From IMG/VR virus record IMGVR_UViG_3300035208_001228: DNA of 64,000 nucleotides. One strand, given 5' to 3'. Under the pieces are notes generated by a model, which did no database searches, had not been told where the DNA came from, and saw only the letters and a program-made list of their open reading frames with translations. The stretch comes from an uncultured virus (IMG/VR IMGVR_UViG_3300035208_001228). Taxonomy: Duplodnaviria; Heunggongvirae; Uroviricota; Caudoviricetes. Positions 10,132-18,042 of the stretch are shown here, piece after piece. How positions within the stretch are numbered: position 1 is the stretch's first letter; every line of letters begins with the position of its first letter. Position numbers and translations under genes: made by a program.

Positions 10132-10932
10132 ATGTACATCCAACTGACCACCCGCTGCAACATGGAATGCCAGCACTGTGCCATTGACTGTGGTCCCGTG
10201 GGCGAGGACATGCCGGAGGACATCTTCGACAAGGCGCTTGTGCTTGGGCAGATTTACGACGGCACGGTTACTCTTGGTGGCGGTGAGCCGACCATCCATC
10301 CCGTGTTCCCGATGTTTTTGCTCAAGGCGATAATTAAATGCTCCGGCAGGCTGTGCGTCACCACTAACGGCAAGGATGAAGGTCCAGTACGGTTCCTACT
10401 AAAGTATGCTGAACGGAGACAGGTCTTTGCCCGGCTATCACTCGATTCGTTCCATGACCCTATCAACCCGGACATCGTGGCGGCGTTCAAGGCGTTGCCG
10501 CCGATGTTCAAGTTTCGTGAAGGCGACCAGCACATTACCCCGCCTCCAGACACGATAGCCAACTACTCCCCGATCGGCCGCGAGCTACGCCGCCGTGGTC
10601 TGACGGAAACTCCGGCGAACGCGCATTGCGTCTGCCCCGGCCCGTTCATTGCACCGAATGGTGACATACGGCAGTGCGGTTGTACGGACCACGTTGTTGG
10701 GCACGTTGTTGGGCACGTTGTTGGGCACGTTGACGATGTTCTCGGCATCGTCGGCACGCTGCCCTGGCCTTGCTCGCGTCGAAGTCCGATCAGGATGATA
10801 ACAAGACCGAATTTTGGCTCACGAGAAATTGAAGAAACCAAGAGTCGCTGGTACACTGAGGGCTATGCAACGACTGATCGAAAGTATCGTTGCCATCGAA
10901 ATCAACGAGTGGCGGCTGACCGCCGTGCATAG
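10132..10932 (+). CDS. Radical SAM protein (3' end probably frameshifted near 10799)
   Basis: CNMECQHC, LGGGEPTIHP, VTTNG, SLD. Confidence 0.85.
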   Translation: MYIQLTTRCNMECQHCAIDCGPVGEDMPEDIFDKALVLGQIYDGTVTLGGGEPTIHPVFPMFLLKAIIKCSGRLCVTTNGKDEGPVRFLLKYAERRQVFARLSLDSFHDPINPDIVAAFKALPPMFKFREGDQHITPPPDTIANYSPIGRELRRRGLTETPANAHCVCPGPFIAPNGDIRQCGCTDHVVGHVVGHVVGHVDDVLGIVGTLPWPCSRRSPIRMITRPNFGSREIEETKSRWYTEGYATTDRKYRCHRNQRVAADRRA

Positions 10933-10941
10933 GAGAATGCT

Positions 10942-11178
10942 ATGAAGTTCAAATTGCTTGTAGACTGCAAGGATCGTGCCACGCTCGATGCGGCGCTTTC
11001 AAAGTGTGTAAAGCATTGTTTCAAGACAGCTACTGTCATCGAGCGTGTCGCGGTGGGTGACTTTACGACACAAGAGTATAGGCAAGCACCGGCCGGCGTC
11101 GGGCCGTTGGCGGCGGTGTGGGATGCTACTCCGCGCAAACTGATCTTCGATCTTTGCGACCGATTGGAGGAGAGGTGA
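10942..11178 (+). CDS. Hypothetical protein
   Basis: AGGAG SD. Confidence 0.5.
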   Translation: MKFKLLVDCKDRATLDAALSKCVKHCFKTATVIERVAVGDFTTQEYRQAPAGVGPLAAVWDATPRKLIFDLCDRLEER

Positions 11179-11355
11179 AGGTTGTTCATCGAGACGATGG
11201 TTGGTGGGTCACGGAGATTCATCCTGAATCTAATGACATCGGCCCCTACACCAAGGATGAGGCGGAAAGCCACCGTCGTTGCTTACAGAAGACACTTGCC
11301 AATTTGGAGAATAGGGCATTCTTCACTTGTGAGAAAATAATCTCGCCGTCCCCGC

Positions 11356-11383
11356 TTGACAACCGTCCGCAGTGATGTATGAT
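11356..11383 (+). promoter_or_regulatory. sigma70-type promoter of the cas12 gene, family member 4
   Basis: TTGACA-accgtccgcagtgatg(16)-TATGAT, GGAG SD, GTG 11409. Confidence 0.85.
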
Positions 11384-11408
11384 TGAGTAGCACCATTGGA
11401 GACACAAC

Positions 11409-13280
11409 GTGACAATTAAGGTCTACAACTACTACATTGTTGGCCAGCCGTCGAATCTGGACGCCTTGAACAAGGTCTTGGCTACGGGCAGCGCGATGTG
11501 GGACGCTCTGGTAACTGCGTTGGATGACTATCGACGGGGATTGTGCGATTTCGCCTGGTCCGTAAACGAAGAGGGTCTCCAAGCTGCAAGCAAGGCGATT
11601 GTGGACACCTACGCCCCACTATACATGGCGCGGACGGCAGCCAAGAAAGCGGCCGTCGAGCGTAAGCGTCGGGCTGCAACATCCGACGCGCCTGCCATCA
11701 AGAGGTTGGAAACAGCGTACGACGCAGCGATTAAGCGGTTCTGGCAACTTCGGAAACAGGCCGTTAGTAGCCAACGCAAGAACGACAAAGACGTATTACA
11801 GGCGGACCCGGAATGGAACACGCTCACCGACCTATTGAGTCGGCGACCAAAGAATGAGAGCAACAACAACCGGGTGAAGAAACAACTGCGTGCAAGCATC
11901 GCCGAACGCGAGCGAGCACTGTTGGCCAAGACGCCTGCAATCCTCGACTTGGACTATGTCGCGCAGAAGAAAGCGGCAAGCAGCCGATACCGGACGCAAC
12001 TTCGGTCAGGTTTCCGTGGGGAGATCATCAAGAACTTCGACACAGCGTCGAAGGCGGGCAAGGTCTACACGAAGGACGGCGAGGGAATCGACTTCTATTA
12101 CGAGAGGACGCAAGATGGGGTGTCCAATGCCCAGTTCAGCGTGTCCGCCTTCGACGTGCCTGTTGATCTTTGCGAACAGTTTACCAACAAGAAGCGGACT
12201 ATCAAAGCGCAGATGCGTCTCGGTCCCGGCAATGTCACGGAGTTTGTCTTCAAACAGCACCGCCCGCTCCCGGCGGATGCGAAGATCGCGGGCATCCGAC
12301 TGTGCCGTGACCGCGTCGGGCATCGCATCAATTGGTCAATTCAGTTCACCATACACACGGCAGACTGCTATGAACCAGCCCAGAATACAGACGAAGTCGG
12401 CTTCGACTTTGGCTGGCGTCGCAAACCCGACGGTAGCCTGCGTGTTGCGTATTGGTCCAGCCGAATTGACGCAGGTGAGATCGCCATCCCCGCGCACGTC
12501 CTTTCCAAGCGTGCTCATCTTCAGGACATCAAGTCTGTGAGCGACAAGTGCTTCAACGAGATGCTTGCCAGCGTCCGTTCCTTTGCGGCAGCAAACGCAG
12601 TCCCAGAGTGGCTAGTGGAGGAGTTGAAGATGAGCGCGGCATGGCACAGCCACGTACGCTTAACCCAGCTTGCCGAGTTATGGGAGACACGTCGATTCGA
12701 GGGTGACTCGGACATCTACTATCGACTGAATGGGGACAGCAAGAAACATGCGATCACGAAGACGGCCGCTGGAAAGACAACGACGCATCATGGCTATGTT
12801 GGCTGGGTCGCTCGTGATCGGCATTTTCAGACATGGTTCGCCGAGGGGACGCGCAAGCTGATTCGTTGGCGAAAGCAGTTCTACGCTGGGACGGCGAAGA
12901 CGTTCTGCGACCGTTTTGGCGTCGTGAAGTTCGAGGATACCGAGATTCCTGATCTCTGCCGACGTGCCCCGGTCGAGGATCGCAGTAATGAGGGGATACT
13001 GAAGATGTGGGCTTTCGCCTCGCCCGGCGAGTTGCGTGACGCATTCCAATCACGTGCCAACGTCTTCCAGAGGGTCTCGGCACCGTACACAACGCAAGTC
13101 TGTCAGCATTGCCAGGCCATCGTCAAGTTCGGTGCGCCTTTGGTGGCGACGTGCCCCGGATGCGGCGAAGTCCTGGACCAGGACCAGAACGCATCCGTTA
13201 ATGTTCGTGACTCCAAAAACATCACTGCAACCTTCGTTCGTGGGTCAGGTCAGAAACAGAAAAAGAAGCGGTTTGACTAG
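11409..13280 (+). CDS. cas12: Type V CRISPR effector, Cas12m(V-U1)-like / TnpB-derived, 623 aa
   Basis: HRPLPADAKI..RVG, RuvC-I VGFDFGWR, RuvC-II KFED, CQHC/CPGC Zn finger, RuvC-III DQDQNAS; array adjacent. Subtype assigned from remembered motifs only. Confidence 0.85.
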   Translation: MTIKVYNYYIVGQPSNLDALNKVLATGSAMWDALVTALDDYRRGLCDFAWSVNEEGLQAASKAIVDTYAPLYMARTAAKKAAVERKRRAATSDAPAIKRLETAYDAAIKRFWQLRKQAVSSQRKNDKDVLQADPEWNTLTDLLSRRPKNESNNNRVKKQLRASIAERERALLAKTPAILDLDYVAQKKAASSRYRTQLRSGFRGEIIKNFDTASKAGKVYTKDGEGIDFYYERTQDGVSNAQFSVSAFDVPVDLCEQFTNKKRTIKAQMRLGPGNVTEFVFKQHRPLPADAKIAGIRLCRDRVGHRINWSIQFTIHTADCYEPAQNTDEVGFDFGWRRKPDGSLRVAYWSSRIDAGEIAIPAHVLSKRAHLQDIKSVSDKCFNEMLASVRSFAAANAVPEWLVEELKMSAAWHSHVRLTQLAELWETRRFEGDSDIYYRLNGDSKKHAITKTAAGKTTTHHGYVGWVARDRHFQTWFAEGTRKLIRWRKQFYAGTAKTFCDRFGVVKFEDTEIPDLCRRAPVEDRSNEGILKMWAFASPGELRDAFQSRANVFQRVSAPYTTQVCQHCQAIVKFGAPLVATCPGCGEVLDQDQNASVNVRDSKNITATFVRGSGQKQKKKRFD

Positions 13281-13379
13281 AAAATGGCGGCAGAGCCGAA
13301 AGAATCGGTCGCTATTCCCCAGTTTCCAGCCGGAAGTTTGCCCCTAACGTCCGCGTGTGTAATGAGTTAGGACAGACGG

Positions 13380-13793
13380 GGTGTGAAGCAGGTGCGGCTG
13401 CTGCCGATCCGCAACAACCCTTCGCAGTGATGTAAACTTATATTGGGTGTGAAGCAGGTGCGGCTGCTGCCGATCCGCAACAACGGATTCGGTATGTCAC
13501 CCGGCGGTGTGAAGCAGGTGCGGCTGCTGCCGATCCGCAACCCATGCTTAATGACTTGGGGTGTGAAGCAGGTGCGGCTGCTGCCGATCCGCAACTCAGT
13601 GCTAGTGCTAGGCGCGGGTTGCGCCGGTGTGAAGCAGGTGCGGCTGCTGCCGATCCGCAACCCATGCTTGGATCGTTCATCGCGTCTAAGTGGTGTGAAG
13701 CAGGTGCGGCTGCTGCCGATCCGCAACTTGTTGTCGAGACGAGAAAGGTTCCATCATGGTGTGAAGCAGGTGCGGCTGCTGCCGATCCGCAAC
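13380..13793 (+). CRISPR. CRISPR array: 7 identical 36-nt repeats GGTGTGAAGCAGGTGCGGCTGCTGCCGATCCGCAAC, 6 spacers (30, 24, 18, 30, 30, 30 nt)
   Basis: Repeats start at 13380, 13446, 13506, 13560, 13626, 13692, 13758; 99-nt leader after the cas12 stop. Confidence 0.98.
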
Positions 13794-14017
13794 TGAGCGT
13801 CCGGGATGTGGCGGAACGGCTGGAGGTCAACCAGAGCAAGGTGCTGGGTTGGATCGCTTATGGCCGGTTGAAGGCGTCGAACGTGGCCAAGGGTGGCGCA
13901 TCCGCGAAGAGGCTTGCTTTGAAGGACTTTCTAACTGGTCGTGCAGGCCCCTCCCCAGCAGACGCTTCATTGAGACGCCGACAGCATCCGGCGGATCGGT
14001 TAAAATCCAAGCCCTGA
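13793..14017 (+). pseudogene. Headless excisionase-like HTH abutting the last CRISPR repeat
   Basis: LSVRDVAERLEVNQSKVLGWIAYGRLKASNVA, homologous to 17677-18042. Confidence 0.7.
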
Positions 14018-14332
14018 AATTTGAACCAGCCTAGTAGCGTTAAAATACGGTGGCAAGAATTTGAATGATGAGTGGGATAGAATTACCTGCAAGTTCTCGT
14101 AGATGCAGGGTTTGAAAGGGCCGACGATGAACCGCATTTCTCTCTTAGCGGCTGTCAAGAACGCTATCGACCGCCTGTACCTCTCAGTGCTACGTTGGAA
14201 TCATTGTCTGAGGTACGTGACCATCTCGATGTGCTAATTGACGCTGTCGAGTGTGACCTGAAAGAGGATGCCGACTAGCGTCGGTACTTACTGACAAGTC
14301 CCGACGTTTTGGCACAACATGAGAAAAGAACA

Positions 14333-14506
14333 ATGATTCCGGGCGACAAATTTGGACAATTGACTGTGCTAGCGGCTCCCTATCGCGTAGTAAATACGTG
14401 CAATTACAAGGTTAGAGTTCGTTGCGATTGCGGCACGACAGTGTTGTGTGGCTGCCACAGTCGCAGGTTGTTCATTCAACGTAACAAAGCACGCCAGATT
14501 GAATAG
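14333..14506 (+). pseudogene. N-terminal fragment of an HNH/AP2-type endonuclease
   Basis: GDKFGQLTVL...RCDCG. Confidence 0.5.
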
Positions 14507-14563
14507 TCTAGTGGACCGGCGGCAGCAGTCTCGGCGTGTTAAGCACAATCGACGCTGCTGCGA

Positions 14564-15460
14564 TTAGGCAGATCGACGCGATGTATCAACCGCCTGTTCC
14601 ACTGCTTTCTGAAGATGTGCCGCGCGTCGCTGCAAATGGGCGTAGCATTGATGCACCATTTTAAGGCTAGAATGCCCGAGCAGGGTGCAAAGCGTGATCG
14701 GATCGACGCCTCTTTCAAGCGCGTTCGTCGTAAAAGTGTGCCTCAATGAATACGCCGTGACCGGAAAGCCGACCCGTTTCGCCAGCCGCTCAAAGCGGCC
14801 GACCAAAGCAGCGGTGCTCCACCCTTTGCCACGAGAATTTCGGAATAGTGGTCCCTCGGGTCTTTTCAGAGCGAGTCTTCTGCAAATCTCGTAGACTCGA
14901 CTGGATAGATGCACCACACGCGGCACCCCACCCTTCCCGCGGGCGAACGACCAACACATCCCGTCCAGGTTCTTGGCCGTGACCAGTCTTGCCTCTTGGG
15001 GCCGGCAGCCAGTCTCATGTAGGGCAACGAGCAGGTCGAGGAGATCAGCCGGACAATAATCCATCAACCGAGTAATCTGCTCGGTTGTTAGGTAGACATC
15101 GTCGCCCCGCCTTGTGGCGGCAGGCAGCTTCAGGTTGCGCAGGGGCGAGACGTTGATGTAGCCTTGCTCCTCGCACCACTTGAAGCAGGTCTTGGCCGCT
15201 CGCATTGCGTTGCGACAGCCCGTGGCGTGGAAGGGCCGGAGATCGCTGATGGGCATGTCGGGCAGCCCCTTGAGAGACTGCGTGTAGAAGCTGAGATTCC
15301 CTGGGCTCATGGGGCGGGCGAGGAATTGTTGGACAGCTTGCCCAACAGTTTGCAGGGTGCCCCCGAGGGCAGCCTGGGCCTTCGTCTCGGTCGTTCCGAG
15401 GCGGACGGCCTTCCCGTGCCGATTGACGTACCAAGCATGATGTGATTTCTTGTAGTACAT
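14564..15460 (-). CDS. int: Tyrosine recombinase/integrase 1 (probably leaderless)
   Basis: TGCRPQE, K, YSLRHTF, LLGH, Y; ATG 7 nt after the -10 box. Confidence 0.92.
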   Translation of the reverse strand: MYYKKSHHAWYVNRHGKAVRLGTTETKAQAALGGTLQTVGQAVQQFLARPMSPGNLSFYTQSLKGLPDMPISDLRPFHATGCRNAMRAAKTCFKWCEEQGYINVSPLRNLKLPAATRRGDDVYLTTEQITRLMDYCPADLLDLLVALHETGCRPQEARLVTAKNLDGMCWSFARGKGGVPRVVHLSSRVYEICRRLALKRPEGPLFRNSRGKGWSTAALVGRFERLAKRVGFPVTAYSLRHTFTTNALERGVDPITLCTLLGHSSLKMVHQCYAHLQRRAAHLQKAVEQAVDTSRRSA

Positions 15461-15466
15461 ACTACA

Positions 15467-15495
15467 ATCATACATCACTGCGAACGGTTTGTCAA
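15467..15495 (-). promoter_or_regulatory. sigma70-type promoter of integrase 1, family member 5
   Basis: TTGACA-aaccgttcgcagtgatg(17)-TATGAT on the - strand. Confidence 0.85.
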
Positions 15496-15998
15496 GCCGA
15501 TTCTTTAAGGGATTGTCTCATTTTCAATACGGCCCGATGGGCGCGACTTTGCAGCGCCGCGTATGACATCCCCAGTTTAGCCGCAGCAGTGTCGAGACCA
15601 AGATCGTCGAGGTACACCGCTTCGATCGCCTCACGTTCCTTGTCGTTAAGCACGCGCATCCCGCGTGCGAGCAGCGTGGCTTGGTCGAGACGCGAGAGGA
15701 CGTTACAGTCAACAAGACCGTACTCATCCACACGATCTGTTGGCCCATCGCCATTCGAGCCGAGCGAGTGGGTTCCTCGGCCAGCTTCCATCTTGTTCAC
15801 GTTGCGGTGAAGGTTGACTGCCGCCGTGTACAGGAACGCACGGACATCACGGATCGGGTTCGGGTAGTCGATCAGTTTCACGAAGACTTCTTGGACGATG
15901 TCCTCGGCGCAGTGGCAGTTGCGATTCACGAGGAAGGCCACCAGCATGTCGTAATACTCAGCGTACATGGCGCGCAGATCGAGCGTAGACGTAGCCAT
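15492..15998 (-). CDS. ECF-type sigma factor
   Basis: AEDIVQEVFVKL..AFLYTAAVN (region 2); LNDKEREAI..AAKLGMS..QSRAHRA (region 4). Confidence 0.88.
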   Translation of the reverse strand: MATSTLDLRAMYAEYYDMLVAFLVNRNCHCAEDIVQEVFVKLIDYPNPIRDVRAFLYTAAVNLHRNVNKMEAGRGTHSLGSNGDGPTDRVDEYGLVDCNVLSRLDQATLLARGMRVLNDKEREAIEAVYLDDLGLDTAAAKLGMSYAALQSRAHRAVLKMRQSLKESA

Positions 15999-16215
15999 TG
16001 ATTCGATTCGCCCTTTCCCAGAGGAGGGTAGTTACGAAGAGGTAAGACGTTTACCGTCCCTGTAAACTCTACCTTGTGGGTGGCCGATGTCCACCGAATA
16101 CGATGGATTCTCTGCAATTTCGATTGTTATTACGTCACTTGAAGGGTTCATGCCGGTGCGTCCAAATTGGACGGATTTGCGGGGGTAAAATTCAGTGGCA
16201 AAGAAACTCGATGCG

Positions 16216-16502
16216 CGGGCGTCACTGACGCCCGACTAACGTTGAAGAGGGAGCCTTGCGGATTCTTGCGAGCTTCAGCCGTACACGTGATAAGTCGTGT
16301 GGCAGCAAGGAATTGCCACCATTCCTCGGGAAACTAAGACGTTTCCCAAATTGACCATTTTCACTTTAAGAGTCAGATGCTCTAACCAATTGAGCTAAGG
16401 AGGCCGGGCATCGTAAGTCCTTTGAAGCGCTTGACTTCCGTCTCACGTCTGGCTAGGCTAGGAAAGTGTCGAATTCCGAGTGACGCCCGGTTTGACGCCC
16501 GG
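16216..16502. other. attP-like site with TGACGCCCG arm repeats flanking a tRNA-derived core
   Basis: Inverted pair 16216-16234; direct pair TGACGCCCGG at 16481 and 16493; next to integrase 2. Confidence 0.7.
16366..16404 (-). tRNA. 5' half of tRNA-Lys(CTT), broken after the anticodon loop
   Basis: GCCTCCTTAGCTCAATTGGTTAGAGCATCTGACTCTTAA; no T-arm or 3' half seen. Confidence 0.85.
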
Positions 16503-16553
16503 CAAGGCGACAGACCGACCACGTGACCTAGACTTACCAGAGGGAGACTTACG

Positions 16554-17771
16554 ATGTCCATGACTGTTGATTCTACCGCATCTTTGAAACCTGCCAAGCC
16601 CTACCCCGAGTTTCCGCTGTACGCCCACGCCTCCGGGCGCTGGGCTAAGAAGATTCGCGGTAAGACGTGTTTCTTCGGCCCCTGGTCTGACCCACACGCC
16701 GCCTTGAAGAGGTATCTCGCCGAGAAGGACGACCTCGAAGCCGGCCGGCGGCCGGTCGTGGTGGCTGCCGACGCGCTCACGGTCAAAGAAATGGTGGATG
16801 CCTTCCTCAACGCCCGTTGTCTGGACGTGGAGAGCGGCAACCTCGATCGGCGCACGTGGAAAGAGTACGAAGACTTTGGGCACCGCATGGTCCGCGTATT
16901 TGGCGGGCAGGCGACGGTACAGGCCCTTGGTCCGGCCGACTTCCTGACACTCAAGGCCGATCTTCAGAAGACTCATAAGAGCCTGGTCTCGTTGAAGGGG
17001 GACATCCGCAAGATCAAGGTGTTCTTCAACTGGGCAGGTCCGGGCGACAGAGGGCAGAATCTCTATGAACGACCGCTGCGATTCGGACCTGGCTTTCAGA
17101 GCCCGAGCACCAAGTCGATTAAGCGGCAACTCGATAAGCAGCCACTGAAGGTCTTTCAGCGTAAGCAGGTCCGACGAATGTTGGCCAAGGCCGGACCTCG
17201 TTTGAGAGCCATGATCCTGCTGGGGATTAACTGCGGCCTTGGCAATACCGATTGCGCCCGGCTGACGCGGAAGTGGGTGAGTCTGAAGACCGGTTGGCTG
17301 CATTATCCTCGGCCGAAGACCGGGGTCGAGCGACACTGCCCGCTATGGCCTGAGACCATTGCGGCGATCAAGAAAGTCTGGGCCACGCGGAAGGCCCCGA
17401 AGAACCCAGCGCACGACGAGCATCTTTTCCTCACCGTGCGCGGGTCGCCATTCGACGGTACGGACATCAGCCACGAGTTCCGCAAGCTGGCTGACGACCT
17501 GGGATTGGTGTGCCCTGGCTTCTACGCCTTTCGACACACGTGCGCCACGATCGGGAGCCGCGCCAATCTTCAGAAGGCGATCGACACGATCATGGGTGAC
17601 TTGCCGCCAGCCAATTACATGGTCCGTAGCGTCTACGACCATAGCCAAGCGTCGAAGAAAGACTTACAAGCGGTCGTTAGTCTCGTACGCGCTTGGTTGT
17701 ATCCGGCTGCCGATGCGACGTTTCCATCTTTGGTCGTCTCCCTGCCGGCCGACCACCCGGCTGCGGTTTGA
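16554..17771 (+). CDS. int: Tyrosine integrase 2
   Basis: N-terminal arm domain WAKKIRGK..FGPW; RPKTG, FYAFRHT, late Y; MGD where MGH is usual. Confidence 0.88.
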   Translation: MSMTVDSTASLKPAKPYPEFPLYAHASGRWAKKIRGKTCFFGPWSDPHAALKRYLAEKDDLEAGRRPVVVAADALTVKEMVDAFLNARCLDVESGNLDRRTWKEYEDFGHRMVRVFGGQATVQALGPADFLTLKADLQKTHKSLVSLKGDIRKIKVFFNWAGPGDRGQNLYERPLRFGPGFQSPSTKSIKRQLDKQPLKVFQRKQVRRMLAKAGPRLRAMILLGINCGLGNTDCARLTRKWVSLKTGWLHYPRPKTGVERHCPLWPETIAAIKKVWATRKAPKNPAHDEHLFLTVRGSPFDGTDISHEFRKLADDLGLVCPGFYAFRHTCATIGSRANLQKAIDTIMGDLPPANYMVRSVYDHSQASKKDLQAVVSLVRAWLYPAADATFPSLVVSLPADHPAAV

Positions 17772-18042
17772 GCGGGGTCTGCACCTGAGCGAAGGTTTCG
17801 AGGTCGGCGCGATTGACGCGATACTTCGGACGCCCAGTAGTGGCGACGTTGTAGCCGCGTAGTTGGCCAGATCGAATCCAGGTCAACACCTTATTGCGGC
17901 TAACTCGCAGAAATGTGGCGACCTCGGGGACTGTCATTGGCTGTTCGACGGTCGAGGTGATCTCGGCCAGCGTCAGGCAGGCGGCAGCCGACATGTCCTT
18001 GGTCTGTTCGAGGTAGCGTTGATAGGTGGCTAAGATGGTCAT
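17677..18042 (-). CDS. Excisionase-like HTH protein
   Basis: MTVPEVATFLRVSRNKVLTWIRSGQLRG..KYRV. Confidence 0.8.
   Translation of the reverse strand: MTILATYQRYLEQTKDMSAAACLTLAEITSTVEQPMTVPEVATFLRVSRNKVLTWIRSGQLRGYNVATTGRPKYRVNRADLETFAQVQTPLKPQPGGRPAGRRPKMETSHRQPDTTKRVRD

Larger units (their letters stand above)
584..10831 (+). repeat. Dispersed intergenic element, consensus TAACAAGAC-N2-4-AATTYGGCTCAGGWGAAA-N1-5-ATG, ~12 copies (584, 1623, 1855, 2093, 2411, 4840, 5112, 5263, 5815, 6892, 10106, 10799)
   Basis: 1855-1889 and 2411-2445 are identical over 35 nt; the element often starts with the upstream stop TAA and ends with SD plus the next start codon. Confidence 0.9.

Noticed and set aside
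584..10831. Intergenic element as a CRISPR array or classical attC
   Set aside because: Intervals are gene-sized and variable; no RYYYAAC/GTTRRRY long hairpin
13367..13839. Other ORFs spanning the CRISPR array
   Set aside because: By-product of stop-free repeats and unit lengths divisible by 3
16000..16365. Intron-containing or complete tRNA-Lys
   Set aside because: No T-arm or 3' acceptor strand found downstream
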